Assembly: GCA_963729045.1 (NCBI GenBank)
Contig: CAVSMN010000014.1
Location: forward strand, 1 to 64,000
Origin: an uncultured Nitrososphaeraceae archaeon
Lineage (GTDB): Archaea; Thermoproteota; Nitrososphaeria; Nitrososphaerales; Nitrososphaeraceae
Length of the DNA: 64,000 bases
Direction of reading: 5' to 3'
Shown here: positions 56,417-64,000 of the stretch, in pieces
Layout: each line of letters opens with the position of its first letter
Numbering within the stretch: position 1 is the first letter of the stretch
Program-made: the position numbers and the translations under genes
Notes under the pieces: generated by a model
Databases searched by the model: none
The model's input: only the letters and a program-made list of their open reading frames with translations
What the model was told of the DNA's origin: nothing

Positions 56417-57016
56417 ATGTGTCCAAAGGTAACATCTCAACATAAGCAAGAAGTACGAGGTAGGATTATCCAATCAGCAATTGAATGCTTTTCTAAAAAT
56501 GGATTCGATCGAACTCGAATGGATGAAATATCTCTTTTGGCCGATTTAAGTAAAGGAACATTATATAATTATTTTGATAATAAAGAAGATTTATTTCATG
56601 CAATTTGTGAGGACAGTCTCGACCTACTAAAAATTCAACTTGATCACTTATTTACTAAAAGTAGGGATGACCTAATATCCAATGCAGAATTATTTTACGA
56701 AAACTTTCAAAAAATACAAAAGGAAGGAAGTGCAAAGGTCTTTTTTGAGGCCTTATCAGAATCAACACGCAATCCAAAATTAAAAATAATCTTGTTCAAA
56801 CATAGACTCAAAATCTATAAAGTTGTTGAAAACTATTTGCAGATCCAAAGTGACAAGGGGTTTATTAAAGGTGATATTAACTTAACCTATGTTGCCTCAG
56901 GAATGGTGTCTTTGTTTGACGGTATTACCGCAGGAAGTCTCCTTGGGATCCCTGAAGATTATAATAAGAATATTTGGGCCGTAACGATAAAGGCGATATT
57001 GTCAAATTTAAACTAG
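56417..57016 (+). CDS. TetR/AcrR family transcriptional regulator
   Basis: RGRIIQSAIECFSKNGFDRTRMDEI...LSKGTLYNYFDNKEDLF. Confidence 0.96.
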   Translation: MCPKVTSQHKQEVRGRIIQSAIECFSKNGFDRTRMDEISLLADLSKGTLYNYFDNKEDLFHAICEDSLDLLKIQLDHLFTKSRDDLISNAELFYENFQKIQKEGSAKVFFEALSESTRNPKLKIILFKHRLKIYKVVENYLQIQSDKGFIKGDINLTYVASGMVSLFDGITAGSLLGIPEDYNKNIWAVTIKAILSNLN

Positions 57017-57124
57017 AACCAAACCAAAGCTAGAAAGTTGGCACATCAATTTCAAGTGGAGTGATCCCAATTCATATCGACTAGTCTGTAATAATTTATA
57101 ACCCATTACATCATTAAGACGAGT

Positions 57125-57638
57125 GTGTCATTATTGCCTTTTAAAAATAAAGTTCCAAAAATAAATTCCGATTGTTTTATTGCACCGAATTCTGTGATTA
57201 TCGGTGACGTAGAAATAGGCTCTCGTACATCGATTTGGTTTGGTACTGTTCTTAGAGGTGATGTCTTTCACATCAAGAGTTGGATATAATACCAATATAC
57301 AAGATAATAGTGTTGTGCATGTTACCGCTAATAAATATCCAACCATAATTGGTAACAATGTTACTATTGGTCATTCGGTGACACTTCATGGTTGTTCAAT
57401 AAAAGATAACTCGCTGGTTGGGATTGGATCTGTTGTCATGGATGAGTGCGAGCTTGGAGAATGGTCTATAATTGCTGCAGGATCCGTGGTTAAGCCAAAC
57501 ACTAAAATTCCCTCAGGTAAACTTTGGGGGGGATTGCCCGCAAAGGAAATCCGTGACATAAATGACAAGGAACGAGAATGGATAAAAGAGTTATCAAATA
57601 ATTACTTAGAATTATCAAAACAATATTTGAGTATATAA
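57125..57638 (+). CDS. gamma-carbonic anhydrase family (YrdA/CaiE-like) hexapeptide protein; 1-nt insertion at ~57276
   Basis: GTG 57125 MSLLPFKNKVPKI...FIAPNSVIIGDVEIG..SIWFGTVLRGD joins NIQDNSVVH...IGHSVTLHGC (three His ligands). Confidence 0.92.
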
Positions 57639-57890
57639 AGGGAAACAGGCATATATTTTTCAAATTTATATGCTGTGAATCAAATTTGTCCCTACTTACG
57701 AATATTCAAATCTAATCTCTAAAACCAGCCTGCATATGTTAGAATACTAGCAATGTGTTTTAGTAGAGTTCTATTATATAACTAAATAGGTTAATTTTGT
57801 TTCTTTTATTTTTATTGAACATGATGTTGTACTATTGATGAAGTAATCAGTTATCAAACTGCTTTATGGGATTAGCTAGGATCTTCAATA

Positions 57891-59272
57891 ATGCTAAAGA
57901 TTATACCATTTAATCTACTATTAATATTCTTAGTAGTGGTAGTAACAGGTACAAGTACACACGCAATCTTTAATCAAAACGTATTAGCACAAAACTCTGG
58001 TGAAGACAGTTCTCGTGGATTAAATTTTGATAGTCTATTCGGAAGTAGCAAAGAAGGTTTCAGTTTCGATGAATTGTTCCCCTTCGGTGATTCTAGCACT
58101 TCAGGTTCTCAAGATGAATCATCATCTAGCGATGATGACTCTGCTTCAGGTTCTCAAGATGAATCCGCAGCTACTGATCCAATGGGTGGAATCGATCTTG
58201 TATTTCCTTTCAATGATATTCAATCTCCAAAAGCACAATCTGATACACCATCTGAAGATGCAAGCTCCACAAGTCCAGACGACAATAGTAAATCTATAGC
58301 TCCTCAGAATGAATCAGCCTTCTGAAGACTGAAAAGGCAACAAGCCTCTAAAGACGACTGATAAAGCAACAAGCCTCTGAAGACGACTGATAAAGCAACA
58401 GCAGCTCTGAAGACGACATGACGCAAAGCAACAAGCTCTCTGAAGACGACAAGCAACAAGCTCTGAAGACTGACAAGCAACAAGCTCTGAAGACGACTGA
58501 TAAGGCAACAGCCTCTGAAGACGACAAGCAACCAGCCTCTGAAGACGACTGATAAGGCAACAAGCCTCTGAAGACGACTGATAAAGCAACAGCTCTGAAG
58601 ACGACGATGCAACAGCTTCTAAAGACGACAAGCATCTGAAGCACGCTTCTGAAGACGACAGCACTGAAGCACGCTTCTGAAGACGACAGCAGCTCTAATG
58701 ACGACAAGCAGCCTCTAAAGACGACAGACGACAGCAGCTCTAAAGACGACAGATAAGCAGCAGCTCTGAAGACGACGATGCAGCAGCTCTAAAGACGACA
58801 GCAGCAGCCTCTGAAGACGACAGCACTCTGATGAAGACGACGAAGCAGCCTCTGAAGACGACAGCACACAATCAAGCTTCTGAAGACGACAGATGACAGC
58901 AGCCTCTGAAGACGACAGCACCTCTTCTGAAGACGACAACGCAGCGCTCTAAAGACGACAGATCGACAGCAGCCTCTGAAGACGACAGCACTAAAGTCAA
59001 GCTCTGAAGACGACGATGCAGCAGCTCTAAAGACGACTGACGACAGCAGCTCTGAAGACGACTGACGCAGCAGCTCTAAAGACGACTGACGCAGCAGCTC
59101 TAAAGACGACAGCAGCCGCTTCTGAAGACGACAGCGACAAATCAAGCTCTGACAACTCTCGTATGATTGCTCCTCAAAGTGAAACTACAGCAACAGAAAC
59201 AGGTAAACCAGTAGCTCCTCAAAGTGAAACACAACAACAGAAACAGGTAAACCACTAGCTCCAATAGCATAA
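57891..59272 (+). CDS. secreted Ser/Asp/Glu-rich repeat protein, reading frame broken many times in the repeat
   Basis: Signal peptide and acidic N-terminus (track 57891..58325); repeat core TCTGAAGACGAC encodes SEDD; 3' end reads DNSRMIAPQSETTATETGKPVAPQSE..TETGKPLAPIA* (TAA 59270-59272). Confidence 0.7.
58250..59150 (+). repeat. degenerate tandem repeat, roughly 35 copies of (GC)TCT(G/A)AAGACGAC with short AGC/AAC-rich linkers
   Basis: Counted by eye; period about 20-33 nt; followed by a ~45-nt direct duplication at 59169-59262. Confidence 0.95.
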
Positions 59273-59295
59273 TAGGATTGACAATGATTAGGTGA

Positions 59296-59328
59296 TGCAG
59301 GTGCGAATGGAAAAATTTCATACCTGCA
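59296..59328. terminator. stem-loop after the repeat-protein gene
   Basis: TGCAGGTGCGAA...TTCATACCTGCA, followed by T-rich sequence. Confidence 0.45.
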
Positions 59329-59576
59329 ACCCTAAAACCAAAATTTTTATATTTTTGATTTATTCAGATTATTAGTTTATTTTTTGACGTATTATTTCGG
59401 GTCATTCGACATATAGAATAATTAATTTTACAAAAGAAAATTCCAGTGCAAGTTGTTAGTCTAGAAAAACTCATTATTTACAGCTATTCTTAATATTATT
59501 ATGAATTTATGAATCTTAATTTTACAATTCTTTCATTTGGCAGTACAACATGTAGTTTTTTCAATAGTAATTAGTT

Positions 59577-59804
59577 TCATGAAACGGATTCAAATATTTT
59601 CTTGAGATCTTCCTTAAGGGCTTTGTATTTGTCCAATCTTGTTCGTCCTTCCTCCGTGGATGGTATATTCTCTAATAATTTTCTTTGTTCTTTTTCTGTC
59701 ATACAGTCAACCGAGTTCAGGATGTCTTCTAGTTCAGACTTTGATAATTCAAGTGTGATTATTTCATTGGGATGATTCGTTTTAACAATTTTTGTCATGT
59801 TCAT
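59577..59804 (-). CDS. hypothetical protein
   Basis: 75 aa helical, charged ORF. Confidence 0.65.
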   Translation of the reverse strand: MNMTKIVKTNHPNEIITLELSKSELEDILNSVDCMTEKEQRKLLENIPSTEEGRTRLDKYKALKEDLKKIFESVS

Positions 59805-60086
59805 ATTGATATGTTCAAATTAATATCTTTGTTCATAACCAAACACAGACTAGCCCGGTTGCAACGATTTTCGACATTAAAATTAATCGAAATGGTTAAG
59901 GTTAAACATTGATTGGTCCAAATAAGTTCATATCTTAAATAGTCTCAATTTATGCCTTCATAATGCAATTATTTAATTCTCTCTTAAATATTCAAATGTT
60001 ACTGCTGTTGTAATATGTTTCACAAATTCATATGTGTTCTAATTTCAAATAGGATGGAGTACATGATATGTCGTTAGTCTCAGGAA

Positions 60087-60761
60087 TTATTTTATTTTTA
60101 GACTCACTTCTTCCCCATGTCCGATTGGGACTGTTACTGATTGAACAGAATCTTTTTTCCTTATATGTTCTATATATTTGGACATACTTGGTCTATATTC
60201 CTCAGGATACAATACATTATCCGTAACGATCACTCCACCCTTCTTGACTATTGAGATAGCTAAATCAAAATATTCTGGTAAATTTTCTTTGTCAGCATCC
60301 AAAAAAATGAAGTCAAAATATTTGGATTGATCGCCTGAATTATCATTAACATAGTTTGACAATTGCTTTAGTACTTCTATGGCATTTCCTTCAATTATTT
60401 CTATTATGTCACTGACTCCAGCATTCTTAAAATTTGTTGTTGCTTTCTTAGTCTTTAGTGGATTATTGTCTATGGTAGTGATATTTCCTTTTGGCGGGTG
60501 AGAGTTTTCTTCATTCTGATAAAACGAATATGCTAACCACAGTGTCGAGTATCCAACAGAAGTACCTACTTCTAATATCTTTTTGGCATTCATTGATGAT
60601 AGTAAGATACTAAAAAATTTTCCAGTGTCACCGGTAATCGCAAGCATCGAATCCTCATGGGATACCTCTGCTAAGCCTGATCTTTCTAATGTTGATTGTT
60701 TTTCCAGCTCGGTTAAGACTTTAATGATTCTCGAACAAGTATTAAGATCCAAGTCTGACAT
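60087..60761 (-). CDS. O-methyltransferase (caffeoyl-CoA OMT-like)
   Basis: ILEVGTSVGYSTLWLA, FDFIFLDADK, GGVIVTDNV. Confidence 0.93.
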   Translation of the reverse strand: MSDLDLNTCSRIIKVLTELEKQSTLERSGLAEVSHEDSMLAITGDTGKFFSILLSSMNAKKILEVGTSVGYSTLWLAYSFYQNEENSHPPKGNITTIDNNPLKTKKATTNFKNAGVSDIIEIIEGNAIEVLKQLSNYVNDNSGDQSKYFDFIFLDADKENLPEYFDLAISIVKKGGVIVTDNVLYPEEYRPSMSKYIEHIRKKDSVQSVTVPIGHGEEVSLKIK

Positions 60762-61476
60762 TTTCTCGTACCGTGATTATTTGGTTATCCTAATATTAAA
60801 ACGATATTTCTCGCATTCTAAATTGATAGAATTAAAGATTATAGTTAATTTTTGCCTTTTCTCCGATATTATAATAGAAAAGACAAAAATCATGAATTTG
60901 GAGTCTGATCTTGATATTTTGACCTAATACATGAATGATACTAAAACCCCGATAAATGCCCGGAATAAACTTCAACACGCAGTCAATATGTTAACCGTCA
61001 ACCGAGGTGACCTGTTATAATTTAGCTGATCAGAATGATTTACTTTATGATAACAAGAGAATAGCAATCTAATGCTATCAAAGATAGGGTACAGAATCTA
61101 GGATTTAAAGAAAAAACTGAAGATAAACCTTCAGAAAATATACCAGTGTTCTAGTGAGAGAGATTGTAAAAGTACCTGTCTATTTCGAGAAATAGAAATT
61201 TCGGGTTTGATTAGTCTTTTTATTAGCTATGATTAACGTTACTCAATTTAGGGAATGAAAATAGCTTGCATTTAGTAAAATTTGATTAGTGTCATTCTAA
61301 AAAAATATTTATTTTCAATCTCTGATCAAAAAATTGATAATATTTCTACTTTTGGCATTTTGTTTCTAATGTTATCATAATTTTCCAGTATTCAATTATT
61401 ATTAATTGCTAAATCCAAAAAAGATAAAAAAATTGCAAATATTTTTAATAAAGTTCATCTTACAATAAGTTATAGA

Positions 61477-62151
61477 ATGAAAACCCTTCAAATTGCTACC
61501 TTTGGTGACGATGATCAAGATGGAATTGCACTAGGGATTCGAAATTTTCCAATTCATCAACTCATATTGATATGCTACTCAAGTGATGAATCCAAAGCTA
61601 TCGAATATTCAAAGAAGATTGAAACAATAATCGGTATCGGTTCAGAAATAATTCTTGTTGAGAAGGAAAACGTCGTAAAGGATACAATTGAAAGAGTTAA
61701 TGAAGTATTGTTAAAGAAAAGTATGGAATATCATCAGATACTTATGAATGTAAGTTCTGGGGATAAATTAATCAGTTGTGCTGCACTCTCATCAGCATTC
61801 ATTAATGGAATAAAGGCTTTTGCAATGGACCATGCTCACACTGTACCTCTGTTATTACCGGTACTAAAGTTCAGTTACAGCGAAATCATATCAGATACCA
61901 AAATAAAAATACTAAAAAGTATTGATAGCATAGGCGGCATGGTAAGCAGCTTGGAAGAACTAGAACAAATTTCGGGTTACGGAAAACCTCTTTTGAGCTA
62001 TCATGTTCAAGGCGGTAAGGAAAATAAAGGATTGGCAGATTTGGGGTTGGTAGAAGTAGACAAAGGTGACAGAGGTAAAACAGTAATTAACATTACTACT
62101 TTGGGCAAACTAATGGTTACATCCAACCTCGTAAATTCTTCTCAGCATTAA
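61477..62151 (+). CDS. CARF-like Rossmann domain + winged-HTH transcriptional regulator (DUF6293/Csa3-like architecture)
   Basis: LQIATFG first strand; ILMNVSSGDKLISCAAL matches the CARF (D/N)x(S/T)xGx(K/R) motif; C-terminal SLEEL....GKPLLSYH...L..LGLV...ITTLG. Confidence 0.8.
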   Translation: MKTLQIATFGDDDQDGIALGIRNFPIHQLILICYSSDESKAIEYSKKIETIIGIGSEIILVEKENVVKDTIERVNEVLLKKSMEYHQILMNVSSGDKLISCAALSSAFINGIKAFAMDHAHTVPLLLPVLKFSYSEIISDTKIKILKSIDSIGGMVSSLEELEQISGYGKPLLSYHVQGGKENKGLADLGLVEVDKGDRGKTVINITTLGKLMVTSNLVNSSQH

Positions 62152-62196
62152 TATTATGTTAATCTTAAAAAATATAATAATCTGAGAGTGTCAGAT

Positions 62197-62294
62197 GGGC
62201 TCGTAGCGCAGACTTTGGATAATCAAAGGTGCATAATGGATAGCGCGGACGCCTCCTAAGCGTCAGGCCGAGGGTTCAAATCCCTCCGGGCCCG
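62197..62294 (+). tRNA. tRNA-Arg(CCT) with ~23-nt intron in the D-loop (62212-62234, position ~15/16)
   Basis: Acceptor GGGCTCG/CGGGCCC, D-stem GCGC/GCGC, anticodon arm GACGC-CTCCTAA-GCGTC, T-arm GAGGG-TTCAAAT-CCCTC; intron hairpin CTTTG/CAAAG plus GCGC/GTGC central helix. Confidence 0.93.
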
Positions 62295-62550
62295 TTACGA
62301 TAAAGATTGTTTTAATTTACATGTCCTGTCCAAATCATTTGAACGAAATAGTCTCTAATCTCAGTAATATTGGGATTAGTAATCTTTAAAGCTTGATATG
62401 TTTATTGAAATAGAAATCCAATCATAAAGTGTTAGTAAAACGAATCCACGTTGAATATCGGATTTATCGATTATTTTTTTTAAGAAAAACCATAACATCC
62501 AAGACACTAACAAAGGAGGTTTCTTAATTGGTCCATCATAGCAAAATTAA

Positions 62551-62763
62551 TTATTCTAAAATTGTCCAGCCTATGAAGGTCATATGTAAATGCTCTTGAC
62601 AATAATAGGCCGAACACGGAACACACCTGGATATCGGCTTACCAGAACAATGATGTACAGAACAACAAATTGTATTTTCATGGGTTGTGGATGATTCGAT
62701 ATTTAAATGCTCAGATGAAATATTGTTTAATGAATCAAAATAATCTGTGGACATTTCAAACAA
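62551..62763 (-). CDS. small Cys/His zinc-finger protein
   Basis: CCSVHHC...CVPC..YYCQEH, resembling B-box/AN1 spacing. Confidence 0.6.
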   Translation of the reverse strand: MFEMSTDYFDSLNNISSEHLNIESSTTHENTICCSVHHCSGKPISRCVPCSAYYCQEHLHMTFIGWTILE

Positions 62764-63177
62764 TACTATGAGGAAAAGAATCTAGATAAGCATTCGAGAC
62801 GATATAATCTATTTACTCTTATATCATGACAGATGGATTTACTTATTTCTGCGGTTAAATTACCTATTATTATTTGATATGTAGTAATCTACTAGAATCT
62901 ATTTAAAGAACTGATATCAGTCGTAAGCCCTTCGGGTCCTTTTTATTTATTCTAAATAATAGTATTTATAAAAAAAGTAAAAGGTAGAGTTCCAAATTTG
63001 GTAGAACGAGAATTAGAGATCCAACTGCCAACACTTAGTATTCTAGATAACTTGACCGTCTCACTTCTCAAATTAGTTTAAATAAATAATTGAAACTAAT
63101 TGGTTGATTTGGCCTCAAAGGAAGAAATCGCTTATTGCCACTTGCTATAAATATGAGAAAATATTTGTTTTTCAGAT

Positions 63178-63777
63178 TTATGCTGGGTACGAACTTTCGC
63201 TTTTCCCATTCTTATTGATGATCAAAATATCTATACCATCACCACTTGCAGAATCCCTTTGAATGGATGATCGAATGGATCTTAATGCTAGATTTGTTGC
63301 CTTCTCCTCATCTAGGTTTTCATTGAACTCTGCATCCATTACTCCCAATGCCATTTCAGCTCCAGTTCCTACTGCAGCATATCTATCTGGTAAAACCGAA
63401 CCTAGTGGATCGAGAGTATAAATTTCTGGTTTTCCAGTTGTAACACCTCCCACCACAACCTGAGTCAATAAGGGAAAGTATCTCCTTTCAAACATTATGA
63501 CGGACATCAATTTTGCAACCGAATTTGGTTCGACGTTACGTCGGGTTTCCAATTTCCTGATTTTTGATAGAGCGCTTACCTGGCGTACAAGAACCTGCAT
63601 GTCAGCAACCATACCTGCACAGGCGGCACCCACATGATCAGTAACATTAAATGTTTTTTTAGTATTTTTATTAACTACGAAATTGCCATATGAAACTCTC
63701 TTTTCAGCAGCCAAAAGTACTCCATCATTGTAAGTAATCCCAACTGCTGTTGCTCCGGGCATAAATTGAAAAGCCAT
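63178..63777 (-). CDS. psmB: proteasome beta subunit, probably non-catalytic type
   Basis: PG-ATAVGI, AAEKR, AGMVAD, LDPLGS, AVGTG, RDSASGDG. Confidence 0.93.
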   Translation of the reverse strand: MAFQFMPGATAVGITYNDGVLLAAEKRVSYGNFVVNKNTKKTFNVTDHVGAACAGMVADMQVLVRQVSALSKIRKLETRRNVEPNSVAKLMSVIMFERRYFPLLTQVVVGGVTTGKPEIYTLDPLGSVLPDRYAAVGTGAEMALGVMDAEFNENLDEEKATNLALRSIRSSIQRDSASGDGIDILIINKNGKSESSYPA

Positions 63778-63826
63778 TTAATAATTAAAAAAAAAGAGTT
63801 AGATTTAGTCGTTTCTATATTGATGC

Positions 63827-64000
63827 CTACTTTTTCAACATTGAGTAGTCATGAATCTTGATTGCTTCGGATATTAGCTTATTTTGAATTTCTAGAATGT
63901 CCTTTGCCTCTGGATACTTTGATCCAACCACCACCTCTGCAACAATATTTGTTATGTGTCTGAATAGGAATTCATCTCCTCTTTGAGCCTCTACCTTATA
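63827..64000 (-). CDS. 3' end of an unidentified CDS entering from beyond the window
   Basis: Open frame YKVEAQRGDEFLFRHITNIVAEVVVGSKYPEAKDILEIQNKLISEAIKIHDYSMLKK*. Confidence 0.65.
   Translation of the reverse strand, partial: YKVEAQRGDEFLFRHITNIVAEVVVGSKYPEAKDILEIQNKLISEAIKIHDYSMLKK

Noticed and set aside
56148..56417. 89-aa ORF upstream of tetR
   Set aside because: No recognisable motif; occupies the expected promoter region between divergent genes.
58304..59145. Five Cys/Ser/Leu-rich minus-strand ORFs in the track
   Set aside because: Antisense shadows of the tandem repeat.
58250..59150. CRISPR array or CRISPR-like repeat-spacer locus
   Set aside because: Core is only 12-15 nt, the linkers are short, low-complexity and related to each other, there are no cas genes, and the array sits inside a signal-peptide ORF whose SED/SEDD motif starts before it.
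62197..62560. Integrated element at the tRNA 3' end
   Set aside because: No integrase and no duplicate of the tRNA 3' end seen in the window.

Overview
AT-rich archaeal chromosomal segment. Gene content (hem operon, rpl21e-rpo4-DUF655-rsmA cluster, CDC48, DnaJ-ferredoxin fusion, orphan soluble histidine kinase, USPs, thermosome, proteasome beta, intron-containing tRNA) points to an ammonia-oxidising archaeon of the Nitrososphaeraceae, plausibly Nitrosocosmicus-like (inference, not a database result). About a dozen otherwise intact genes carry single-base indels, which suggests an unpolished long-read assembly rather than real pseudogenes. The most striking element is a ~8 kb module at 43.7-51.6 kb. 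It contains a tandem-repeat RHH-like protein, a sodium:solute symporter, a divergently transcribed ureohydrolase with a non-standard active-site loop, and a translationally coupled stand-alone urease-gamma-like protein that is hidden from the ORF track by frameshifts. It also has a thermosome paralogue with a His-rich tail and an orphan ParB-type CTPase/HTH protein. Three divergent promoter regions in the module share the palindrome (C)GTA-N3-TAC(G). I read this as a candidate co-regulated system for uptake and hydrolysis of a guanidino compound with its own metal-loading/folding helpers. Other points of note are a degenerate ComA fused to a wHTH, an aIF1/SUI1 gene with no canonical start codon, a stand-alone CARF-like-wHTH regulator, a TetR operator upstream of a truncated nucleotide-sugar-dehydrogenase/MFS pair, a ~35-unit Ser/Glu/Asp coding repeat, and a tRNA-Arg(CCT) with a D-loop intron.
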